From positions 9,982,001 to 10,046,000 of the forward strand of contig CM106586.1 in NCBI GenBank assembly GCA_048013815.1: a stretch of 64,000 nucleotides of DNA, read 5' to 3'. The notes below the pieces were generated by a model. That model made no database searches. It saw only the letters and a program-made list of their open reading frames with translations, and had not been told where the DNA came from. The stretch comes from Setoptus koraiensis (lineage: Eukaryota > Animalia > Arthropoda). The translations under genes were made by a program, and so were the position numbers. Shown piece after piece: positions 40,927 to 52,423 of the stretch. Each line of letters starts with the position of its first letter. The stretch's first letter is position 1.

Positions 40927-43900
40927 GGACCAGTAGGGGCCTAGTAGGGGCCAGTAGGGGCCATGTGGACAGCCCTACTGGCCCGTCCGAACCGCGAGGA
41001 TTTTCACAACAACAATTTGCGGCTTGCGAGCCACCCCGTGAGGTGGCGCCCTCTTTGGTCGGGGCTCCGAGTGGCGGGTGCAAATGGTAATTTAACTGAG
41101 TGTCGGCGCGCCGGCAACTCACACTATTTATTTTGCATTGGCAGCGTAATTGAGTGAAAATGGCCCGCTGACTTAATTAGCGTGGCGCGTTGATTGATCG
41201 CCGGCGATGCGATCGGTGGGCCCGTGCCGAATAGTTTGTGACGAGTCGCTGACAATGGGCCAATTAAGTGGCTCTTAATGGTTGATTGTGTGGGCCCGAT
41301 GGACGCTCATTATTGCGAAACTGATTATATTTATACTGATCAATCTGGCGAATGAAGGCCAACAACTTGTCAGACAAGGCTCAAGTTGGCACGAGCACCG
41401 TGCAATTTGACAAAAATAACGCGCCAAGCAGCACATAACTCCAACGATATATTTGCAAATTGCCCTTTAAATGGGGCGCCTCAACTGCCGGCCACGATTT
41501 GACGCCGCCGCCGCTCAATTGATGACGTGAATTTTGGCCGATATAGCGGATTTATTGCAGCAATTTATTTATGGGACTTTGATTTTTATTGGCATGAACA
41601 TATCGCACGGGACTGTTGTCGCCACCTAATCGGGGCCTCAATTTTGCGCTAATCAGGGCCCCAATTTCGCGCTAATCGGGGCACCAATTTTGGGCTAATC
41701 GCGCGCGGGATGCGCCGGTGAGCCGGCAACCGGACGCGGGCCAGTTTGTCCGGCCGGCCGGCCGGCCCGACTTTGCGAAAGGTCAGATGAGTGTTGTCGC
41801 GCCATTTTAGCAACACTCCCGCATCACGTGCATCACAGGTAATATGAGCATAACTGGAGTTTGGAGGGGGCGAGGGGGAAATAAATCAATTTTGTCGGAC
41901 TGGTCGATTGCCACTTACCCGCTGCTGATGAGTGGAACGGTCCGACGATATGGGTTTATGGGGCGCGCATATTGTTTGGCGCGTGGCCGTCGTTTTCGGT
42001 GTCGCAATTGTCGTTTTTGCTGTCGCTATAGTTGTTGTGGTTGTTGTGGCTGTTGTTGTTGTTGCTGTTGTCGTTGCTGGTGTCGTTGTCGCTGCCGCTG
42101 ATGCATTGTTTGTGGCACCCGTTGTTAATCTGGCCCAATTAGGGGCCCCCGTTTAGTTGAGTTGTCCGCACTTTAGAGATAACTGACGGCCGAGCGGGGA
42201 TTATTGGGATTGGATTGCCGGCGATCATTGTGACCATACACGACAGCCGGCAGTGCAGTCTGGCCTGCGGGTCAGTCGGTCAGATGGTGGGCAAACTGAT
42301 TTACCGCCGGCCCAGTTGTCATCAAATGCGCCGCTCGGCGGCCGGATATGGAACAACTGGATATAGCTGGATATAGCCGGATATAACGACTGGCTTTGGC
42401 CGGATATAACGACTAAATCTGGCCGATATGACGACTAAATTTGGCCAATATGAGTGTGTAAAGATGAATGGGTCGATTAATTAAATGACAACGATTAACG
42501 TGTAAACGTTCTAATGAATAACTGATTTTCCGGCGAACTGGCGAATTGGGGCCGGCGCCGCAGCGGGCGCGTGATTTGCATAAATGAGGGGCGCTGTGAC
42601 AGCGCGCGCGCGTGTGTTTGTCGAGCGGGCCAATTGACGTTGACGCAATTTAGTTATTACAGTTATTATGTTGTCATCGCTTGTTGTGCGCTTGTTACGT
42701 AATAATATTTGGGGCTGGGGGGGGGGCGCCACCACTGAAACTACTGCCCCTACTATTACTACTTTTGCTGAAACGACGACCGCTACTCAACCGACTCGCC
42801 AGTTGAACTAAGCGGCGAGCAAACAATGTGTGTGTGTGTGTGTGTGTGTGACTCACCTGACCTCGTCTAACGGTACCCGGCAGCCGTAATATGGCGCGGC
42901 CAAGCAGAGATTGCGTCACGTTGCTGGTGGGGGCCCGGCGAGCCGGCTCACGGATGGATCGTTATGCAAGCGCTTGGCACAGGCACAGGCCGCTGTCGAT
43001 TGGTTGTTGATTTGAATTTGTTGTGCAAGCTCCGGCGAGCCAACTGGCAAGCTAACCGGCAAGCTAACTGTCTGGCTAAATGGCTGGCTAACTGGCTGGC
43101 TTACTTATGCGCTCTTCGTGTGATTCGTGTGATTCGTGTGACTCGTGTGATTCGCGGGATTCGCGGGATTCGCGGGATGTGTGCTCGCTCATATCGACTT
43201 GACGACTAGCGCGCCACCGTTGCGGCCCCAGTCGATTATGTATTATGTAATCGCTGCTGCCGCTTCTAACCAGCTGACTGGCGGCCGGCTAAAATCTAAA
43301 ATAAGCGGCTCGTGCACTGTCTATTAGACAGTGTCTAATAAGCTGCGCGGCCTACACACAGGCCATGCCGACAATCTCAGCGATCTCTCAGCGAAATTAT
43401 TTCGCCGAGCCGCCGACAGAGGATCAGCCAGAGACGAGCGAGCCCTGTCCGCGCGGGCCCCCTTGCGGCTCGCCTCGCTGCTCTGGCGGCCCGCCAGCTC
43501 GGCGGCTCGGCGGCAGCGGGGCCAGCGATGGGCCCAGACAATTTAGCGCACCGTTATTTAGTGCCACTAAATGCGCGCACTCGTTGCCAAACAAGCTCTC
43601 GTTTAGCCAGCCGCGGTGCGCGTCGTTCGCTTGAGCCGGCCCGAACCAGCTCGTCGGCTGGCCCGAACCGCGTCGGCAGCCGGCGCGCTCAGGTAGCCGG
43701 AATACGGTCGCCGGTTGAGACGAGCCAGGCGCGCACTTGTTTGTTTGCGCCTGTATGCACACCTATCCAAATATCCGACCGGCCGACAGTGCCACTACCC
43801 AGCCGCTGGATTGCGAGGGCCGCCGCCGCATTCCGAAGGCCGCCCGGTTCCGGGACGCGCTGACTGCGCGTCTGCGGGCTGTTCGGGCCGCGGATAAAAG

Positions 43901-45578
43901 CCCGAGCACTGGCCTTGTTAGGGGCCGCTAGTTAGGCGCGCGAGTTGTTTCGCGCCGCGCGTCATCCAGTCATAACAGGGCCGCTAATTCGACTAATGGC
44001 GACGAGAGCACAAAATAATCCAATTCATTTTTTTATATTCCGCGTATAAACAAGGTATAAGTACGAATGTTGCCAGCGCACACACCCATTACGACACAAT
44101 ATTTACAAGCAGCCCAACTACTTAGCCGGCCCGCTCTGCCCAATTAGCCATCGGGGGCCCTGTGGGGCCCCGCTCGAGAGCTCGCTCTCCTTTGTCTGGT
44201 GGCCGGATGGCAAATGGCGCAGTCAGCACCTAGCGACTAGCTTGCCAACTTTGCCGACTTTGCCGCGTTGACGGCGGTGAGAGCGTGTGCCACACAGACA
44301 GAGAAAAACTGCTCAGACGAGCCGCGGCTTCTCTGCCCAGACTGGCAACAATAACACCAAAAAGTGTGTTCGCTGTCAGACGTGATTTTGCCGGGCCCCA
44401 ATGCGGGGCTTGCTAATAAGCTGGCCCCAATGTTTATTTATGACGAAGAAAAACGCGTTGGCGAGACCGCGTTGAGACGACCGACGTAGTGGGCGCAATT
44501 TCGCGCTCGGCTGAAAATTTCTCTCAAAATACCGTTTATGCCGCGCCGTGTACCGCGTGACAAATTTGCGCACGGCTCCACACATAAACACTCCAGCGAT
44601 TGCGAGCGACGTCAGAGCAAAATTACGTATACACCGAGCTAAATAATATATATACGCAGCGCGGGATATCGCCCGTAGGTGGCCGCGGCCGGGCCCTCGA
44701 CGGGCTCGAGTTGAGGCTGGGGGTCCGCGACTCACAGGCTCACAGCCCGCGACTCGCAGGCTGCAGCGGGCGCGCAGCTCGCCACAGTCAACAGTGATTA
44801 TCCGTGTTATTGGGGCCGCGGCAATTGCGCGGCCTGACGTGCCCATTACCTCATTACAAATGACAAGTGGCTAGCGGTTTATCGGGCCGCCAGTCCGCCA
44901 GCCGTCGGGCCGCCGTCGACGGGCCGGCCAGGTATCATCATATTCAATATACTGGCAGCGCGGGCGAGTGAATGTTATTCACGCTTTTGGCGCCGCGATG
45001 CACACACAGGCATGAATAATCGGATAGTCGCCGGCGACATTCGGCAACTTGTAATAACAATAATGCCCGCTACATAATAAACAGTCAGCGGGGCCCCGCA
45101 GTCGGCTAAGCCCCGGCGCGAATCACTGCATGGCCGAGGCGCGAATCACTCAGCCGGCAATCTCGGCCGTGGAGTGATTCGCGCCTCGGCCGTCGAGCGA
45201 TTGGCGCCTCTGGCGCGCACTGATTCTGCCGTGCACTGATTCGCGCCTGATGACGAGTCGGGGCCCCAATGTTGTTTATTAAGGGATTTAGTAATGTTGT
45301 TGATCCATTGACACTGGGCGCATTTAATGGGCTTATTCAGCGCGGCATACGGCCGCCAATTGCCGCCGCTAACGACCAGCCGGGGAATAGTGGGCGCCCG
45401 GTAGTCGGCCCGCAAACCTCTTGTTTGTTCAACTCGTTTGCTGCCGTCTCCGGCATTGGCGACATGCCGTCCCCAACACGGGGGCGACGCGCTGTCCCCG
45501 CGACTGGCAACATTTCGTCCCCGAGATTGGCCCCGAATTGGGCCCCCAATGCGCCGCCCTGTCCAGTGTAGGTTCGCC

Positions 45579-45660
45579 CGGCGCTCGCCAGGTGAACGCC
45601 GGGCCGTATCGGCGCTCGCCAGGTGAACGCCGGGCCGTATCGGCGCTCGCCAGGTGAACG
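45579..45660. repeat. 31-bp perfect tandem repeat x2.6
   Basis: cggcgctcgccaggtgaacgccgggccgtat repeated head-to-tail with no spacers. Confidence 0.93.
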
Positions 45661-47709
45661 GACCGTATAGGCGCAACGCCCGACGAGACACCGGGCCGCC
45701 GAGAGTCACCTGTTGTTGGAACTTGGAGCGATTTCCGCTGCCGCTGCTGGCGCCACTGGCCGATTTGTCAGCGATGGCGGCGACAGAGCGATAGCAAGTT
45801 ATGGGGTATATATACTGGGGCGACTACAACGGGAACCGCGCCGCGCCAGATTAAACCATTGGATTCACCGACAAATGCAATGCACGGCAACGCAAACGCA
45901 ATTACAAGACGGATAAACAGACGGCATGCGGGCCCCACTGAGCCAACGCGCTACCCATCGCATGCCCATCAATGTTGGATATTGTTTATGGGGGCGCTAG
46001 TCACGCCAGCCGACAGTTTGATCGGCTGAGTTTGTCAACTGGGTAACAACAAACAACTGACACAAGAGCATTGGGGGCCCGTTTTTTGAGAGGACAGATT
46101 CCATCGACGATAGTCACGCTACCTGGACGTGAGCCTCTATTTGTGTCTCTTTATTTTAGAGTCTCGAGTAGAGGGCGCGATTTGCTGCCAGCGGGCCCAG
46201 TGAGCAGCTCACCGAAAGAGAATCAGCAGTGGGCCCTCTCTGACGGCTCCGGGTCTCGCTCTTCGGGGCCTGCGATGGATGCACAGATACGCGCTCGGGT
46301 ATGCGCTCGGGTATGCGCTCGAATGTGCGCCCGATGTGCGCTCGATATGTAATCGAGCGGGCTCACGTAATCTGGCTACGCGAGCCAGCGGGCCGATAAA
46401 ATCGTTGTCGTGAGATGGAGATGGAATCAGTGGCAGGCAATTTGTCGTTTGTCGCTTATCGTCACACGAGCATCATTATCTGGCCCATCGAGCGAGCGCA
46501 AAATCCCTGCCATAGGTAGAGGTGCGAGCGTCGGCTCTACCTATGGCAGCGTTTTTGCAGCAAACAACCAGTTCGGCCCCACTTGATATCATCTTTTCAT
46601 TATTGGGGCCACAGTGTGTTATATACAGTGTATTATACATTGTGGCATGTTGTATACTGTATATTGTGGCATCGACTGCGGGCAGTCGCGTTGATGGGCA
46701 CCACACCGGGCCGGCCCGCTCCTGCTGATGCAGGCCACTTTGCTGGTTCAGGCCACTTTGCGGGTGGCCACGGCACGCGCACAGTACGTGGCTCCCTCAC
46801 TCAGGCCCCAGAATCACTATTATTGGCGAAATCATCATAGGCGCATCGGACAATGTGAGCCCACATTGTCCCAACTAACACACAAACTGGGCCTCTCATT
46901 CTTCGTGGGCGAAATTGCAAAGTTTGTTCAAATTATCGTTGCAAAGTTGCACAAAAAGGCACTTACCCGGCTCAAAAAAAAAACACTGCACTGGATTTCC
47001 GGCATAAATCCATGCAAATGTTGAGGCCCCGGCACAAATCCGCTCGCGCTGCGCATGCATCTCTCACCAGTGTCTTGGCCATTAGCTGATTTGTCGTTGT
47101 TGATATCATATCAATGATATGTAACGACAACAACAACGAGTCAGTGGGCAAATCGATCATTGCTGTTGTCTTGCCCGATTAGATGGGGTGCGCAAATGAT
47201 TGATATTCGGGCCGCTACGAGGCGTTGAGCGGAGCCTCAATCCGATTGAGTCAATCGAGTTGCTCCACTCGATTGAGAGAATGTCACAGGTGAATTGTGC
47301 CGTCTCGATCGGCCGAGGCCACTGACTTAACTGATAATGTCAGCGTCGTGCAAGCGTCATCGAGAGCTATTTTTAGACGCGCTTAGAGCGGTTGAGCCAG
47401 CCTTTTTTGTTGGATATCTCCACTGTATCAGCAACAGTGTGCGCCTAGGCCAATTTGTCATTGCCACATTGATGCAAATTGATTTTGCAAACAATGATAC
47501 GACAACCCAAACAACCAATTTGTTAATTTCAAGCGTGCATTTCTAACGACATTCCTAATAACACTTCTAACAGCAAGCGGCCAGAAACAATCTTTGCGCA
47601 GCCTTGCGACACCAGCCAGCGCGTACGAGGACACAACCGGCAATCGGATTATTATTGATTATATTATTGATTGAGATTATAACGGACATTGTATCGGATA
47701 TTGGCAGCA

Positions 47710-49347
47710 ATGAGCTCGTACAGATCGACCGGCGTGCTGTTCGCAAACGGATATGTACGGCCTGCCGTTGTTGCCGCGTGGGCGCTGACGCTTTGTTTTG
47801 TGGCACAAATCCAGCCAAGTCAAAAGTCCGGCGTGTTCGCCCTCGATGCGGCCCTCGATGGGGACCGCTCAGAGGAGAACGGCCGGGGAAAGGTGCAGTC
47901 GCTTGTTGGCTTCTACGAGAAACTGGCCAGCAATAATGGGCGCGACGAGCAGGACAGTCGGAAGCTGCAAAGCGGCGAGCAGAGCGCCAAGTCGGCCTCT
48001 TCGTCGGGCCGGGCGGCCAAGTCCGAGCGGCAGCAATCGTCGTCGGAGCGGCAGCTATCGTCGTCTGAGCAGCGTCGCCTGGCGGAGGAGAGTTCGCGAA
48101 GGAGCAGCCAGGAGTCGTCGTCGTCGTCGGCGCATCAGCAGTCGAAATCGTCGTCATCCAGCTCGTCGTCGTCGAGCTCGTCGCGACAAACAGAGCGGTC
48201 GTCGCGCGACCGGCACGAGGCCCGCGACGCGCTGCACGAGTCCGGCCGAGAGAGGGCGCACATAGACGAGTACTGGAGCGGCCCCGACGACGACCAAGAC
48301 CCCGACGATTACCCGCGCGAGCACGATCATCCGCGCGAGCACGATCATCCGCGGGAGCACGGTTATTCAGCGGACGACGACGCGGAGGAGCTGGACGCGG
48401 ACCGGCCCGACAGCGCCCATCGGGACGGAGGGGACGAGGGCGAGTTCGCAGGGGCCTACAAGCACGACGGCGGCGCGAATCCGCCCGATGACGGCTCCCT
48501 GTCCGACGACGAAGAAGAGCGCAGGCTGGACGAGGAACGCGAACTGGACGAACAAGACGAACTCGCCGAACAGGACGAGCTCGCCGAACGAGACGAGCTT
48601 GGCGAAGAACGCGCGACCTCAGAGGAGCGCATCGACGACGAGCTGGCCAGCGAGCAGACGACCGACCGGCTGAGGCAGTCGCTAAGTCGGCGCGAGGAGG
48701 AGCTCGAGGGGTTGCAGTTGGAGCTGTTCGAGGCGTCGCGCGCCAACGAACGGGCCTTGCGCCAGATGGAGGATAATTACAAGTCGAAATTGGCCAGCTT
48801 GGGCCGCCAGAACGAGCTGTGCCAACAGAAATTGGCAGAGAAGGCCAGCGAAATAGAGCGGCTGTTGCAGCGGCTAGACGCGCGCCCCGGCTCAGCGGCT
48901 GGCACCCAGGCTGCTGACATTGGCAAGCTGGAGTCCACAATAGAGCGACAGAAGCAACAATTGGCCGAGCTGAGGGCTCAGTTGGCGGATGCGAGCGCGT
49001 CGCATGAGCAACAAATGGCCGATTTGCGACACTATTACGAAAATGCAAGCGGGCCCGACAATTATGCCGCCAACACTGGGCCCCCACCCGCATACGCCAA
49101 CTACGCTAGCCGAGCCAACGATGGATTGCGCCCGATTGATCCGCTGAGTGCGCTGGCCCCATTGGCGGCCATCGTCGATTACGATCACAAGCAGAACAGC
49201 TGGCGGAGGGGCAAAAAGCATCGGGTGGACGCCTGGCTGGACAGTCAGGCCCGCGAGGCCGACAGGAGGCGCTCGTTCATCAGGGATAAATTGGGCGAGG
49301 CCAAGCAACGCGCCGAACAAACGCGCCAGAATTTGCAGATAAGATGA
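47710..49347 (+). CDS. Uncharacterised 545-aa protein: N-terminal hydrophobic (signal/anchor) segment, Ser-rich and Asp/Glu-rich regions, C-terminal coiled coil
   Basis: Long ORF with strong G/C third-position bias; first ATG at 47710. Hydrophobic stretch PAVVAAWALTLCFVA; internal repeats PREHDH x3 and DEQDELAE-type units; heptad-like LRQSLSRREEELEGLQLELFEASRANERALRQMEDNYKSKLASL. A branch-point/acceptor-like ttctaac...ttctaacag at 47541-47573 suggests a 5'UTR intron. No family recognised. Confidence 0.75.
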   Translation: MSSYRSTGVLFANGYVRPAVVAAWALTLCFVAQIQPSQKSGVFALDAALDGDRSEENGRGKVQSLVGFYEKLASNNGRDEQDSRKLQSGEQSAKSASSSGRAAKSERQQSSSERQLSSSEQRRLAEESSRRSSQESSSSSAHQQSKSSSSSSSSSSSSRQTERSSRDRHEARDALHESGRERAHIDEYWSGPDDDQDPDDYPREHDHPREHDHPREHGYSADDDAEELDADRPDSAHRDGGDEGEFAGAYKHDGGANPPDDGSLSDDEEERRLDEERELDEQDELAEQDELAERDELGEERATSEERIDDELASEQTTDRLRQSLSRREEELEGLQLELFEASRANERALRQMEDNYKSKLASLGRQNELCQQKLAEKASEIERLLQRLDARPGSAAGTQAADIGKLESTIERQKQQLAELRAQLADASASHEQQMADLRHYYENASGPDNYAANTGPPPAYANYASRANDGLRPIDPLSALAPLAAIVDYDHKQNSWRRGKKHRVDAWLDSQAREADRRRSFIRDKLGEAKQRAEQTRQNLQIR

Positions 49348-49626
49348 TGTCAGCTCCGCATGATTGTCAATTGTCAATTGCGACCAGTTGTTATACTAAC
49401 TCAACAAATATAAACCAAACGCAAACCAATTCGATCGCATTCACTCCAATCGACAGATCCAATCAGATTTAAACATTATTAATAATTGATTGAGTAATTA
49501 TTGATTAAAAGCAAATCGGTCACTAAAATCGGTTCTTTTGGGAGAAAATATAGCATTTTCTTGGTTTTTGCGGTTTTTTGGGGTCTCGATACTTTGAAAC
49601 TCCATATACAGTGAGAGCAGGGTGCA

Positions 49627-49989
49627 TTAAGAATCGATGGTTCTGTTGCGTTTCATGACAGAGAGCGAAATATCAGCTCGAACGAGATGTACCGAGATAA
49701 TAGACAACAGAAATGAAAAGTAACGCGAACGAATATAATGCTCGGATGGAACTCGGAGGGCTTCAATTGCTGCTATCTGGAATTTGAATTTTCGGCAATG
49801 GCTATTCTCTTCCAGAACTTTTCTAAAAATTGAAAGGAATTCCTGTCGTGTGAACTCCATATTTGTTGCTGTTTCCAGGTAGATAATTTTCTTTGCTAAT
49901 CTGATCATCTTTTTCCTAAATTGCTTACGCACAGGAAGTTTTAGAACGAATCCAGCCGTCGACATTCTAACCGTTAGGAGAGGACGCAT
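49627..49989 (-). CDS. Divergent histone H3-like (histone-fold) ORF, 120 aa; could be a pseudogene
   Basis: [18 protein letters not shown] aligns to H3 [38 protein letters not shown] aligns to [30 protein letters not shown] aligns to VTIMPKDIQL. An acceptor-like ttcctacag lies just before the ATG. Manual alignment only; the C-terminal part is ~3 aa short and poorly conserved. Confidence 0.45.
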   Translation of the reverse strand: [120 protein letters not shown]

Positions 49990-50169
49990 TGCTGTAGGAA
50001 GTTGATGGGACAACAAATATTATATTGATCTTTCATTGCTGTTTTGGTTTAGTGTTTAGTGGTATTCTCTTCGCCCTGAGGACGAGGGGGCATGTGCCGC
50101 CCATTTTGGGTACTTTGGGTAGCGACGGTTTTGGTGTTCTATCTTGATTCCAATTCCAGAGAAGTTGTT

Positions 50170-51036
50170 GAATTTTCAATTTATCAACTCAACAAGAAAT
50201 ACTTTCATGTGTTCGGTGATAATGACTTCGATGTTGGTTCAACAGATTTAGTTCAGTGTTATATACACCTGAAACCTGATACTATTCCAAATTGTGCAAA
50301 TCCTAGACGTCTATCATTAGCAAACCAGTTCGAAGAACGAAGTCAAATCGAATAGCTACTTAAAGCAAAGTTAATTCGAAGATCTTTCTCTAATTGGGCA
50401 AGTGGTATAACATTCGCTTGCACTCCAGGTATGCGTCCCAGATTGTGTGGTGACTATAGATATTCAAATGAGCACACATTGGATGATCGCCACCCTATTC
50501 CATTAATAGATAATATTATTTCAAGTTTGCAAGGAGCTTCGATCTATTCAAATCTAGATATAGTGAGAGGTTACAACCATATTCCAATAAATGAAGAACA
50601 TAAATACGAGACGGCTTTCATTACGAATATTGGATCGAAGAATGCACCGTCGCTATTCCAAAGTTCAATGGATTACGTACTAAAGGATCATATGGAATAT
50701 GCACGTGTGTACTTCGATGACGTAATCGTCTTCTCCAAAACAATGAGTCAACATCTAGCCCATCTAGAATCAGTTTATAAGTCATTATAAGAACTTCATC
50801 GCAAAGTGAAAGCATCAAAATGCCATTTCCTCAAACCGGAAGTGAAGTTTTGTGGTTATATCATTAGCCACGGTACCAAAAGAAGAGATGAGAAGTTTAT
50901 ATCATCAGTAAAGAACATCAAGAGGCCAACGGATGTTCATGAACTACATCAGTTTCTTGGCCTAGCTAATTATGGCCGTTTATTCGTATGCAATTACGCT
51001 GAAATTGTGAAGCCGTTGAATTACCTTCGAGGATAG
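50170..51036 (+). mobile_element. Decayed Ty3/gypsy LTR-retrotransposon pol fragment (reverse transcriptase plus connection)
   Basis: A single frame with stops at 50353, 50788 and 51034 gives RLCGDYR, PIPLIDNII, LDIVRGYNHIPI, TAFIT, NAPSLFQ, VYFDDVIVFS (YFDD at 50710-50721), KCHFLKPEVKFCGYII and LHQFLGLANY. About ten codons around the MPFGL motif are deleted. No LTR, integrase or gag recognised. Confidence 0.92.
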
Positions 51037-52423
51037 ACGAATTACATTCGTCTATTGTCATCAAGTACAATAGGATATATTGACATAGATTGATAAGTGA
51101 TCAAGTGCCCAGCAACCGACTCTCAGATACCAGCTTTTCTTCATAATTTGGGCTAAATTTCTACTCTTTTCCATGAAAACCACCCGTGTTTCGGTCCTTA
51201 TATGCAAGTTGGTGAAAATCGGTGATTATGAGGAAGAGGGGTTGAATTTCGATTGTTCGGTGACTACAAATACGTTTCAAAATCTTCCTAATGATAAGAA
51301 TGGCTTGCTAGAAAATGTTTAGGTTTTTGCCATGCACAGAAATAGTTCGGTTTGGAACCGATTTGCCCTACACTATCAATAACCAATAAGTTAATTAATT
51401 AGCGCCCTGGCTGACGCAATCATGGCGATCATGGTGAAGGTTACTTGATTAGTAAATTGGCCATTAGTCGTGACTTGTGTCGAGATTGAGGGTACGAGCC
51501 AAACTTCGAGTAAAGCGCCTCGAAGTGTCTTGCAGCCCGCATGTTACTGCAATTTACAGGTGAGCTGGTTACGGGTGCATGAGTGCGACCTTACGGCACG
51601 GAATATCAAATATGTCCGAATAAGTGACACAGGGTGCGCTCTGAAGCCTGTGGTGCGTTAGAGACCTTTAACATACATTTGTGTCAAACTAAATTGTGCC
51701 CAGTGACGTTTTGCGCATTTCCTCCGATGGTCGTGTGACGTCGAAGCCGAGATTTCGTTTGTCGCACGTTTGCTGGATCGCATCATGTCCCGAGGAGATG
51801 CACTCAAGTTGTTGGCACGTCGCAATGACGCAATTGGCCAAGTTGTCGTCGCGTAGTGTGATTGTGTCAAATGTGTGCCTCGCTAATGAGGCTCAATGAC
51901 ACACACACACACACACCGAGCTAGCGAAAGAGCACCGAGCCAGTGTATAAAATGGATACATTTTGTGTCATGTTTTGTGTTATGAGAATTACGTTTGAGA
52001 TTACGTTAGAGATTGGCCCGTCGGCTAATGTCGTGACGCCTGTTGCTTGTTTTGTTTGTTGTTGGCACGTCAGGTATTGTCAGCCATTGTAACCACAAGG
52101 TAATGGCACGAGATGCGAATTGCGCCTGTCGTGTCGCGTTTTGGACAATGTATCCAATTGGATTGGCATCTTCCTTCTAGCAAAGTTCAGTTAGCAGCGA
52201 GCGTGCGTTGTGTCACAAGTGGCTGTCAGATGACTGTCAGATGGCTGTCACTTGTGGCTGTCACAATTGACACAACTCATCTGGCACGAGTGACACAGCT
52301 CACCTGGCACAAGTGACACAACTCACCTGGCCAGCGCAAAGGCCAATAGTTTGCATAGCGAGTTCGGCAGTCAGACACAACAGTTACACTACAGCAAGTC
52401 CGACGTGTGCGCATCAAGAAGCA

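Noticed and set aside
45579-45660. 31-bp repeats as a CRISPR array
   Set aside because: Repeats are head-to-tail with no spacers, there are no cas genes, and the context is eukaryotic.
46961-47160. Minus-strand CGG|GTAAGT donor as a distal 5'UTR exon of dimm
   Set aside because: A single consensus donor with no matching acceptor or coding support; expected by chance in 23 kb.
24440-47160. The many 60-190-aa ORFs in the GC-rich block
   Set aside because: Arg/Ala/Pro/Gly-rich products expected from stop-poor GC-rich DNA and tandem repeats; none carries a known motif.
47567-49093. 508-aa antisense ORF over the orphan gene
   Set aside because: Arg/Pro/Ala-rich shadow frame typical of GC3-rich coding DNA.
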